From positions 1-51,214 of the forward strand of contig CAIMMJ010000362.1 in assembly GCA_903842515.1 (NCBI GenBank): a stretch of 51,214 bases of DNA, written 5' to 3'. The DNA is from an uncultured Bacteroidota bacterium (GTDB lineage: Bacteria; Bacteroidota; Bacteroidia; UBA4408). This document shows positions 1-7,970 of this stretch, one piece after another. The position numbers were made by a program, and so were the translations under genes. Position 1 is the stretch's first letter. Every line of letters begins with the position of its first letter. Below the pieces are notes generated by a model. That model saw only the letters and a list, made by a program, of their open reading frames with translations. It ran no database searches and had not been told where the DNA came from.

Positions 1-174
1 ACCATAGCTATTGTTGGCCTTATTCTATATGTAAAACCTTTAACTTCATTTTTTAAATTTGAAACATTAAAATTCTTGCAATTAATAATATGCATAGCAA
101 TTGGTTTTGTTTCTGTTATTTGGTTTGAATTGGTTAAACTTGTTAAACGTAGAAATGCAAGTTTTAATCAATAA
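1..174 (+). CDS. 3' end (C-terminal 57 aa) of a membrane protein, probably a P-type cation-transporting ATPase; the 5' part lies outside the window
   Basis: Frame +1 is open from base 1 to TAA at 172-174. It is absent from the ORF track because it is under 60 aa. The translation ends ...FFKFETLKFLQLIICIAIGFVSVIWFELVKLVKRRNASFNQ*, a final TM helix with an E-L-V-K-L-V-K-R-R tail like the last helix of bacterial Ca/Mg-type P-type ATPases. Confidence 0.4.
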   Translation, partial: TIAIVGLILYVKPLTSFFKFETLKFLQLIICIAIGFVSVIWFELVKLVKRRNASFNQ

Positions 175-258
175 TTAATATCTCCTTCAGCAAATACCCA
201 GCAGCACCATCAATCTTTGCAAAGCAAATTCCTCTGTCCCATAACCCAACTCCTTCTC

Positions 259-430
259 CTGCTTTGTGAAACTTTGTGCATTCCGCCGCGGCGTAGTGGT
301 TTAGCTTCAGCTATCAATTATCCTCAACCTTCAAACTTCATCAATCCTTCACCAACTTAATTCCTCATATTACTTTGTGCCTTCTTTGTGAACTTTACTC
401 ACTTTGTTGGTGTTGTCACCAACAAAAACA
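259..430. repeat. Left part of an intergenic repeat array: partial core (259-280), linker with GC palindrome core CGCCGCGGCG (284-293), 65-nt core copy A (327-391), 37-nt hairpin box (394-430)
   Basis: Direct comparison with 1345-1620. Shared strings are accttcaaacttcatca..ccttcaccaac.taattcctcata, ctgctttgtgaaactttgtg, ccgccgcggcg.agtggtttag and tttactcactttgtt.gtgtt.tcac.aacaaaaa. Confidence 0.85.
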
Positions 431-793
431 GCTATTTCTTGTCCTATTAAATTGTACACTATTACTCTCTGAATTTTTTAAGCATCTTTGAACGTAAAGA
501 TTCCAGTGCTTGGATTAGGATAAAGACTAAAAGAATTTTCACTGATTGTCACGCTTGAAATATTTTGAGGAAACTCAAAGTTGTTTTAAGTTGTGTTAGT
601 AATTATCGGTGATTTAAAATCGAATGTAGTATTTTTAGAATACAATCAAATGATACAGTTGGCACCTTTTGCCATTTTTCTAAATTAACTTTCTTTAGTT
701 TTAATGGAATATTTAAAAGGTTTGATTTTTAAAGTAATCTTATTGAAATAATAAAAGTAAAATTTTATTTACTTTTGAATAAATAAAATTTGT

Positions 794-1036
794 ATGAAAA
801 CTATAGCATTGAGAAAGAAGATAATAGATAAAATTGAAAATTCAGATACACAAGTTTTGCAGGTAGTATTAAATATCCTCAGTTTGTATAATGATGGAGA
901 AGGAAATAGTGCTATGACAGATAACCAAAAAATGGAGTTAGATAAAAGGGCAACATTGCTTGAAAAAGGACTAATAAAAAAGAGAAGTTTTAAAAGTGTA
1001 AACAAATCTATAGAAGACAGATTAAAATCAATTTAA
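794..1036 (+). CDS. Type II antitoxin, putative addiction-module component (partner of the ParE/RelE-like toxin)
   Basis: 80-aa ORF whose stop overlaps the toxin start by 1 nt (TAATG at 1034-1038). The C-terminal half, MTDNQKMELDKRATLLEKGLIKKRSFKSVNKSIEDRLK, resembles the 'putative addiction module component' antitoxin family (L-x-x-R-x-x-x-x-E-x-G, then a short tail). Confidence 0.65.
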   Translation: MKTIALRKKIIDKIENSDTQVLQVVLNILSLYNDGEGNSAMTDNQKMELDKRATLLEKGLIKKRSFKSVNKSIEDRLKSI

Positions 1037-1338
1037 TGGCTGTTTATAAAATAGTATTTACCACAAAATCTGAGGAAGAATTAATTGAAGCAGCATTTTA
1101 TTATGAATCTCAGCAAAAAGGCTTAGGTTATAGATTTAGAGACAGCATCTTTTTAATCATCAATTCTATCGAGAATAATCCATTTTTATTTCAAAGAAAA
1201 TACAAACAATACCGAGAAGCACCGCTAAAAGAATTTCCCTTTATAGTCATATATAAAATATATACTAATGAAATAATTATTAGTGCTATTTTTCACACAA
1301 AAAGAAAACCCAAAAACAAATTAAAACAGAAGTTGTAA
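1036..1338 (+). CDS. Type II toxin, RelE/ParE (plasmid stabilisation system) family
   Basis: 100 aa. It has the typical ParE layout: short N-terminal strand (YKIVFT), EEELIEAAFYYESQ, NPFLFQ, REAPLKEFPFIVIYKIYTNEIIISAIFHTKRKP. It is translationally coupled to the upstream small ORF. Confidence 0.8.
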   Translation: MAVYKIVFTTKSEEELIEAAFYYESQQKGLGYRFRDSIFLIINSIENNPFLFQRKYKQYREAPLKEFPFIVIYKIYTNEIIISAIFHTKRKPKNKLKQKL

Positions 1339-1344
1339 TCGGGT

Positions 1345-1620
1345 TTTACTCACTTTGTTTGTGTTATCACAAACAAAAAACTCTACCTTCAAACTTCATC
1401 ACACCTTCACCAACTTAATTCCTCATACTGCTTTGTGAAACTTTGTGTCTCCTTTGTGACTTTTGAGGTTTAGCTTCCGCCAACAATTATCCTCAACCTT
1501 CAAACTTCATCACTCCTTCACCAACCTAATTCCTCATACTGCTTTGTGAAACTTTGTGTCTCCTTTGTGAGCTCCGCCGCGGCGGAGTGGTTTAGTTTCT
1601 GCCATCAACTATTAATTCGC
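1345..1620. repeat. Right part of the intergenic repeat array: hairpin box (1345-1381), 75-nt core copy B (1385-1459), linker (1460-1495), core copy C (1496-1570), linker with perfect 16-nt palindrome CTCCGCCGCGGCGGAG (1572-1587)
   Basis: Cores B and C differ at 2 of 75 positions by hand alignment and are spaced 111 nt apart. Each carries three CTTTGTG heptamers at 10- and 11-nt spacing (1431/1441/1452 and 1542/1552/1563). Confidence 0.9.
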
Positions 1621-1782
1621 CACTGAGGAGTGGAAAAAAAACAATCATCCAATTTTATAACTAAACATTTAATCAATCGTACTCACAAATTTCAAAAAAT
1701 GAAAAATCAAAATGTATAAAAACGCTAGAAACAAAGTCATTATTTAAATCAAAAAAAATTGGTGTGATAAATCAAAAAAAAT

Positions 1783-3045
1783 TTACTCCTCCACAAACTC
1801 CCCTTCCCATTTAGCAACCACAACAGAAGCCAAGCAATTGCCCACCACATTCACTGCAGTTCTTGCCATGTCCATTAGGGCATCAATGCCTAAAATTGCA
1901 AACACAGGTTCGGCAGGCAAATTAAACGAAGCCACTGTTCCTAATAAAATTACCAACGAAGCCCTGGGCACACCTGCCACGCCTTTGCTGGTTAGCATCA
2001 AGGTAAATACCATTATCAGTTGTTGGCTCATGCTCAATTCTACACCCGCAGCCTGTGCTACAAAAACAGATGCCAAAGAGAGATACAAAGTGGTGCCATC
2101 CAAATTAAAACTGTAGCCGGTAGGCATAACAAATGCAACAATTTTTCTTGGAACACCAATTTTTTCCATTGCCTCCATTGCCGATGGCAAGGCCGCTTCG
2201 GAACTTGTGGTAGCAAACGCAATGGTAACAGGTTTAGAAATGGCAGCAATAAATTTTTTAAACGGAAGTTTTATTATTAGTCCAATGGGAACTAAAATTA
2301 AAACTACAAAAGCAATAAGTGCCCCGTATAAAGTAAGCAATAGTTTTAGCAAGTTCAACAATATTCCAAGCCCCATACTTCCAACAGTATAGGCAGTGGC
2401 TGCACCCACACCAATAGGTGCCAAATACATAATAATATTGGTAAACTTAAACATGGTTTCGCTTAAACTTTCGGCAAAATCCAACATTGGTTTTCTTTTC
2501 TTTTCTTCTAACATGGCCAATGCAATTCCAAAAAGAATACTAAAAAATACTACTTGCAAAATTTGTCCTTCTGCTACAGACTTTGCTATGTTTTCTGGAA
2601 AGATGTGTAAAAAAATATCACTACCAGTTTGTTTTGCGGCAGGTAAAATATCTGCACTTTCTTTTACGTTTAAAACAATTCCTTCTCCTGCTTTGGTGAG
2701 GTTTATGGCAGCCAATCCTACAAACAATGCAAGTGTGGTTACAATCTCAAAATACACCAAAGATTTCCATCCCATTCTCCCTACCTGCTTAATGTTGGAA
2801 TGTCCTGCAATACCAACTACCAATGTTCCAAATAGGAGAGGAGCAACAATTGTTTTTATCAGTTTTAAAAATGCAGTGCTTAACACTTTTAAACCCATTG
2901 CAAATTCGGGGAAATTATAACCAATTTCTCCGCCCAAAAACATAAAAAAGAAAATCCAATGGGTAAGAGATTTTCTTTTGTAGGCTTTAAATCCTATAAA
3001 GGCATAAACGAGAATTCTTAATACAAGAAATAAAACTTCGTTCAT
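1783..3045 (-). CDS. Dicarboxylate/amino acid:cation symporter (DAACS family, GltP/DctA-like)
   Basis: 420-aa polytopic protein with family motifs: TSSEAALP, PTGYSFNLDGTTLYLS, IDALMDMARTAVNVVGN. Confidence 0.9.
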   Translation of the reverse strand: MNEVLFLVLRILVYAFIGFKAYKRKSLTHWIFFFMFLGGEIGYNFPEFAMGLKVLSTAFLKLIKTIVAPLLFGTLVVGIAGHSNIKQVGRMGWKSLVYFEIVTTLALFVGLAAINLTKAGEGIVLNVKESADILPAAKQTGSDIFLHIFPENIAKSVAEGQILQVVFFSILFGIALAMLEEKKRKPMLDFAESLSETMFKFTNIIMYLAPIGVGAATAYTVGSMGLGILLNLLKLLLTLYGALIAFVVLILVPIGLIIKLPFKKFIAAISKPVTIAFATTSSEAALPSAMEAMEKIGVPRKIVAFVMPTGYSFNLDGTTLYLSLASVFVAQAAGVELSMSQQLIMVFTLMLTSKGVAGVPRASLVILLGTVASFNLPAEPVFAILGIDALMDMARTAVNVVGNCLASVVVAKWEGEFVEE

Positions 3046-3053
3046 CCCTTAAA

Positions 3054-4106
3054 TTAGTTTTTTTGTATTGGATGTTTGCTTACGCTTCCATTTTTATGCA
3101 TTGCATTTAAAATATAAGTGCCAGTATTTATGGAACTCAAATCAATTTTTTCTAAAGAAGAATTCTGTTCACTAAACACTAATTTTCCTGTTAAATCAAA
3201 AAGTTCAACAGCTATAATTTCTTCTCCTAAACTTTTTAAATACAAAATAGAATTACTTGGATTAGGAAAAACCAAAGTTTCATTTTGTTTATTGATGTTT
3301 ATTGATGTGGTAATTTGCGGATTGCCCCAAAAAGTAACAGAACCCGATGAGGTAGAATTTGGAATTGCCAAAGTATCTGTAAGTAAATTATAAAATATAT
3401 CAGCCGGACTTGTTAAACCCGTTACCACTGTTTGCGGCGATGTAAAACTGTTGCTGTATTTTACAATAGAATTAGCCCCCCAGTTTGACACGTAATAATT
3501 TCCTTGATTGTCTCTGGCAATTCCGTCGATATTAGAAAGGGTAGAAGTTAATAAAGTTGTTTGAGCAAATCCTGTTAATGAAACCGCTTTTATTCTAGCA
3601 CTGCTTCCCCAACAAACATAAATTAAACGATTGTTCTCTGGGTCAAACATAATGCCATTTGGCGTATTTGTTGTGTTTGCTACAATTGTTGTTACTGTAT
3701 TGCTTTGGTCTATTTTGTAGATTTTTTTTGCAGAAAAGTCAGTTACATAAACATTTTCATTGTTATCGTGTGTGATGCCATTTAAAAAACTTGCACCCGA
3801 AACAGGAATGCTTATGATTTGAGCGCCAGTAGAGGGATTAAAAACTTTTACTGTAGTACCACAGCATGCATATAATTTCCCTGCGGCAAATTCAATTCCG
3901 TAGGGTGCCGGAGAAATGGCATTTGTTGTTAAACTACTTAATGAGCCATTGGGCTCTCTTACTTGAATTCGGCCACTGTTGATGTTGGCAATAAAGTACC
4001 TTCCGCTTGCAGTGTCAAAGTCAACACTCTCGGGGTTACTATAGCTTTGTGCAAAAATGCTAACCGTTATTAGGTTGGCGATTAATATAAGAATAATTTT
4101 TTTCAT
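3054..4106 (-). CDS. Secreted six-bladed beta-propeller protein (SMP-30/NHL/strictosidine-synthase-like) with a T9SS type-A C-terminal sorting domain
   Basis: I start it at ATG 4106 (MKKIILILIANLITVSIFAQ signal peptide), which avoids overlap with the upstream gene. The protein shows repeated blade-like segments. The C-terminus, LVFPNPSNSILYLKS...TGTYILNAMHKNGSVSKHPIQKN, matches the Por secretion tail pattern. Confidence 0.75.
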   Translation of the reverse strand: MKKIILILIANLITVSIFAQSYSNPESVDFDTASGRYFIANINSGRIQVREPNGSLSSLTTNAISPAPYGIEFAAGKLYACCGTTVKVFNPSTGAQIISIPVSGASFLNGITHDNNENVYVTDFSAKKIYKIDQSNTVTTIVANTTNTPNGIMFDPENNRLIYVCWGSSARIKAVSLTGFAQTTLLTSTLSNIDGIARDNQGNYYVSNWGANSIVKYSNSFTSPQTVVTGLTSPADIFYNLLTDTLAIPNSTSSGSVTFWGNPQITTSININKQNETLVFPNPSNSILYLKSLGEEIIAVELFDLTGKLVFSEQNSSLEKIDLSSINTGTYILNAMHKNGSVSKHPIQKN

Positions 4107-4110
4107 AGAT

Positions 4111-5493
4111 TTATTTTTCAGCGTAATATTTAAAGAAATAAGGAATGGTTTCAATTCCTTTTAAGTAATTAAAAACACCGTAGTGTTCGTTTGGCGAGTG
4201 CAGAGCATCGCTGTCTAATCCAAAGCCCATTAAAACAGATTTTAAGCCTAATTCTTTTTCAAACAAGGCAACAATAGGAATACTTCCTCCGCCTCTTGTT
4301 GGAATTGGTTTTTTGCCAAACGTTTGTTCCATAGCTTTTGCCGCTGCCAAATATTCTTTAGAGGTAGTGTTGGTTATATATGGCTCGCCACCGTGGTGAG
4401 GTTTAACAGTAACTTTTACTGATGGAGGTGCAATTTTTTTGAAATGATTTTCAAACAACTCAGTAATTTTATCAGAGTTTTGATTAGGAACCAATCGCAT
4501 AGAAATTTTTGCATTTGCCTTGGATGGCAAAACAGTTTTAGCTCCTTCGCCAATGTAACCTCCCCAAATTCCATTTACTTCTAATGTAGGTCTAATTCCT
4601 GTTCTTTCAATAGTGCTAAAACCAGTTTCTCCTCTTACTTCGTCAATGCCTAAATCGTCAGTAAATGCTTTTAAATCAAACGGTGTAAGTGCCATTTCTG
4701 CTCTTTCTTCTTTGGATAACTCTAACACATCGTCATAAAATCCGGGAATGGTAATGTGGTTGTTTTCGTCTTTTAAGGATGCAATCATCTCACACAATAC
4801 TTGAGCAGGATTTGCTACTGCACCGCCGTAAACTCCCGAATGTAAATCTCTGTTTGGTCCTACAACTTCCACTTCTACATAACTTAATCCTCTTAGCCCT
4901 ACATCAATGGAAGGTAAATCATTTCCAAGAATAGATGTGTCAGAAATTAAAATTACATCGGCCTTTAGTTTTTCTTTGTTTTGTTTTACAAATGTTCCCA
5001 AATTACTAGAGCCAACTTCTTCTTCTCCTTCAATCATAAATTTAACGTTGCAAGGCAATACGTTATTTTTTAGCATCACTTCCAAAGCTTTCACATGCAT
5101 ATACATTTGGCCTTTGTCGTCGCAACTTCCTCTAGCAAAAATTGCTCCATCAGGGTGTATTTCTGTTTTTTTGATTATTGGCTCAAAAGGTCCAGAATTC
5201 CAAAGTTCCAACGGATCTGCAGGCTGAACATCGTAGTGTCCGTAAACCAAAATTGTAGGTAAATTTTTATCAATTAGCTTTTCGCCATAAACAATAGGAT
5301 AACCAGCAGTTGGCATCAACTCTACATTGTCGGCACCAGCTTCGGTAAGTTTTTCTTTTACTTTTTCGGCTGTTTTAATAACGTCGTTTTTATATTTTGG
5401 GTCGGCACTAACCGAAGGAATTCTCAGGAGCTCAAATAGCTCATCTAAAAATCGTTGTTTGTTTTCTTGAATGTATGAATTGATAGATTCCAT
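4111..5493 (-). CDS. M20 family metallo-dipeptidase (CNDP/DUG1-like)
   Basis: 460 aa with motifs GHYDVQPA, ARGSCDDKGQ and MIEGEEEVGS, plus a C-terminal HSPNE motif typical of M20A dipeptidases. Confidence 0.9.
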   Translation of the reverse strand: MESINSYIQENKQRFLDELFELLRIPSVSADPKYKNDVIKTAEKVKEKLTEAGADNVELMPTAGYPIVYGEKLIDKNLPTILVYGHYDVQPADPLELWNSGPFEPIIKKTEIHPDGAIFARGSCDDKGQMYMHVKALEVMLKNNVLPCNVKFMIEGEEEVGSSNLGTFVKQNKEKLKADVILISDTSILGNDLPSIDVGLRGLSYVEVEVVGPNRDLHSGVYGGAVANPAQVLCEMIASLKDENNHITIPGFYDDVLELSKEERAEMALTPFDLKAFTDDLGIDEVRGETGFSTIERTGIRPTLEVNGIWGGYIGEGAKTVLPSKANAKISMRLVPNQNSDKITELFENHFKKIAPPSVKVTVKPHHGGEPYITNTTSKEYLAAAKAMEQTFGKKPIPTRGGGSIPIVALFEKELGLKSVLMGFGLDSDALHSPNEHYGVFNYLKGIETIPYFFKYYAEK

Positions 5494-5705
5494 TTTTAAA
5501 TTATTTTTTTTGTTGAGACAAAGAAAAACAAAAAAAGAATAAAATGAAGAACTAAATTTTTATTGTAAAAACAAGCTTGTAATTTCACTTTTATTATTCT
5601 TTGATAATTGTGTGAGCAAAGACATTAATATTAGTATAATTAATTGATAAAATGAATACAACATCAATTATTTCTTTGAATTGTTGGTCATAAGTACAAA
5701 AAAGT

Positions 5706-5713
5706 TAATTTTG
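5706..5713 (+). promoter_or_regulatory. Bacteroidota -7 promoter box (TAnnTTTG): TAATTTTG
   Basis: Exact match to the TAnnTTTG consensus 21 nt upstream of ATG 5734. It overlaps the GTG at 5713 used by the ORF track, which argues for 5734 as the true start. Confidence 0.35.
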
Positions 5714-5733
5714 TGTTTCTAAAAACAAATTGT

Positions 5734-7920
5734 ATGGAAAGGCAAAATGATAACTTGGGTGTAAATGAAGAAAATGAAACTTCAATGTCAAGTGGGGAAT
5801 TATTAAATGAGGAAAAAATTATAGATGATAACATCGATAATTCTTCCCCAGAAATTACTACTATCTTGGAAGATGAAACACCAACAGATACTTTGGAATC
5901 TCCAATAAATTCAGTTGATGAAACAGTAGCTGTGCAAGAAAATAAAATTTCATCCGTTGAAGATTCTGATCACGACATTGTAGAAACTTTGGAATCTGAA
6001 AAAGAATTAATTGAAGCCTCATTGCCAATAGAATCAATAATTGATTTAGAGAGTATTCCCGAACTTCCCGAAATAGAAGAACACCTGGAAGAAAAATCTG
6101 ATGATGTTTCCGAAGAAGTTTCTTTTGAACATCTAAAAAGACCTGAGTTAGTTCATAAGCTCGAAGAAATTTCTAGAGGAGAAGATTTAATTTCTATTAA
6201 AAAAGAAATTAAGGCATTGAGGGATGCTTTTGTAGCTATTTCTAAAGATGAATTTAATGCACTTAGAGATGCATTTAATTTAAAAAGAGCAGAACAAGCA
6301 GAAGTTGAAACGGATACTGAGCCAGAACCATTTGTTGCTCCGGAAGATCCTTTAAGAGAACGTTACAAAAACGTTGTTGAAAAAATAAATGCAAAAATTC
6401 AGCAGCAAATAAAAGACAAAGAAAAGCAGCTCATAAAAAACTTGAATGAAAAGAGAGAAATTATTGATGCCATAAAAAATATAGTAGATAATCCTGCATT
6501 TAACTTTAAAGAGTTAGAAAAAATTCACGAGCTCCAAACTAAATGGAGAAACATAGGTTTTGTTCCTACCGGTGATTCCAACAACATTTGGGAATCATAT
6601 AAATTTCATATTGGGAGGTTTTACGATAGATTAGCACGAGACAAAGAATTAAAGGAACTAGACCACAGAAAAAATTTGCACGAGAAAAAGTTGCTGTGTG
6701 AAAAAGCGGAAGAACTTATTGTTGAAACTTCATTAAAAATAGCAATTGATAAAGTTAAAGCACTACAAAAACACTGGAAAGAAGTAGGTGGAGTTTCTAG
6801 AGAAGACAATGAATTAATTTGGGAACGTTTTAATTCTGCCGTTGATAAAGTATATTCTAGGCAAAGAGAATATGTTGATAAATTAAGGGAACAACAAAAA
6901 GTAAACTATGATCAAAAATCAGAGTTGCTTGCCTTGATGACAGAATTAGCCTCTAAAACTGCAACTAACCACAAAGAGTGGCAAGAGCTTACAGAAAAGT
7001 CTGATGCAATAATGAATACTTGGAAACAAGTTGGGTTTGCAAGCAAGGAACAAAACGAAACTATTTGGAAAAAATTTAAAGAACAACGTGATATTTTTTA
7101 CAAAGCCAAAGAAGAATTTTACGACGGTTTAAGACAAATGTTAAACCACAATCTTAAACTAAAGCAGGACATGATTGAGCAAGTAGAAGCACTTGCAAAT
7201 AGCACAGATTGGAGAAATACAACCAATACAATAAAAAACATACAGGAGCAATGGAAAACAGTTGGAGCAGTTTCTAAAAAGCATTCCGAAAAAGTTTGGG
7301 CTCGTTTTAGAAAAGCGTGTGATACATTTTTTGAAAATAAAAAATTAAATTTTGCTGACGAAGAAATTCAACAACAAAAAAATCTTGAAGCCAAAAACGA
7401 GCTTATTACAAAAATTGAAAATTTTCAATTGCTAGAAAATAACAACGAAACTATTCAGGAATTAAAAAAATTCCAGTCGGAGTGGATGGGAATTGGGCAC
7501 ATACCTTTTAAAGTAAAGGAGGATGTGAATAGCCGATATAAAAAAGCAATAGATAAACAATTTGAGTTGGTGAGAGCAAAAGTAGGAGACAACCACAAAA
7601 GCTTGTTTCAAATGAAATACCAAGAATTAGGAAATTCACCTAAAGGAGCAGATAAAATTAAAGAAGAGAAACAAAAATTGAGAGATAGAATTACTAAAAT
7701 TAACATAGAGATTGCTCAGTTTGAAAACAACATTGGCTTTTTTGCAAAATCTTCGGGTGCCGACGCCATCCTTAAAGACGTTAGAGCAAAAATAGAAAAT
7801 TCAAAAAGAGAGATTGCAAGAATTAAGGAGCAATTAAAAATGTTGGATGAAATTGGGAAACCTGCTGCACCTAAAGAAGATTCAGTAGTTCAATCTGTTG
7901 AAACAGGAAATGAAGAATAA
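5734..7920 (+). CDS. DUF349 domain-containing protein with an acidic N-terminal region
   Basis: Five copies of the DUF349 repeat signature: W(K/R)x(V/I)G...(I/V)W..F, for example TKWRNIGFVP...IWESYKF, KHWKEVGGVS...IWERFNS, NTWKQVGFAS...IWKKFKE, EQWKTVGAVS...VWARFRK, SEWMGIGHIP. The N-terminal ~170 aa are rich in D, E and S. Confidence 0.85.
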   Translation: MERQNDNLGVNEENETSMSSGELLNEEKIIDDNIDNSSPEITTILEDETPTDTLESPINSVDETVAVQENKISSVEDSDHDIVETLESEKELIEASLPIESIIDLESIPELPEIEEHLEEKSDDVSEEVSFEHLKRPELVHKLEEISRGEDLISIKKEIKALRDAFVAISKDEFNALRDAFNLKRAEQAEVETDTEPEPFVAPEDPLRERYKNVVEKINAKIQQQIKDKEKQLIKNLNEKREIIDAIKNIVDNPAFNFKELEKIHELQTKWRNIGFVPTGDSNNIWESYKFHIGRFYDRLARDKELKELDHRKNLHEKKLLCEKAEELIVETSLKIAIDKVKALQKHWKEVGGVSREDNELIWERFNSAVDKVYSRQREYVDKLREQQKVNYDQKSELLALMTELASKTATNHKEWQELTEKSDAIMNTWKQVGFASKEQNETIWKKFKEQRDIFYKAKEEFYDGLRQMLNHNLKLKQDMIEQVEALANSTDWRNTTNTIKNIQEQWKTVGAVSKKHSEKVWARFRKACDTFFENKKLNFADEEIQQQKNLEAKNELITKIENFQLLENNNETIQELKKFQSEWMGIGHIPFKVKEDVNSRYKKAIDKQFELVRAKVGDNHKSLFQMKYQELGNSPKGADKIKEEKQKLRDRITKINIEIAQFENNIGFFAKSSGADAILKDVRAKIENSKREIARIKEQLKMLDEIGKPAAPKEDSVVQSVETGNEE

Positions 7921-7943
7921 AAATTATTTTATTTAAAAATTTA

Positions 7944-7970
7944 GGGCAGGATTTTTTTCTGCCCTTTTTT
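7944..7970. terminator. Rho-independent terminator between convergent genes
   Basis: Stem GGGCAG (7944-7949) / CTGCCC (7959-7964) followed by a T-run at 7965-7970. It is preceded by an A/T-rich stretch, so it could act in both directions. Confidence 0.7.

Noticed and set aside
175-258. Minus-strand reading frames that translate to protein-like text (for example ...GVGLWDRGICFAKIDGAAGYLLKEILIID*), possibly a gene remnant convergent with the ATPase
   Set aside because: It is too short, has no start codon or recognisable family, and runs into the repeat array. I cannot distinguish it from chance.
660-683. Small hairpin TGGCA-CCTTT-TGCCA followed by TTTTT upstream of the TA pair
   Set aside because: The stem is only 5 bp and no upstream gene on this strand needs termination there. 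The support is weak.
769-1005. 78-aa minus-strand ORF overlapping the antitoxin gene
   Set aside because: It is antisense to a coherent, translationally coupled antitoxin-toxin pair. The peptide is F/L/I/S-rich, as expected from AT-rich antisense sequence.
259-1620. Possibility that the repeat array is a CRISPR array
   Set aside because: The units are 65-111 nt composite repeats that abut each other. There are no uniform unique spacers and no cas genes in the window, and the only large 'spacer' is a 914-bp TA cassette.
1838-2920. Several plus-strand ORFs (1838-2116, 2020-2280, 2207-2392, 2396-2920) and one minus-strand alternative-frame ORF (2058-2249) inside the symporter gene
   Set aside because: They overlap a 420-aa ORF with unmistakable DAACS motifs. 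Their translations are low-complexity with no recognisable motifs, so they are shadow ORFs.
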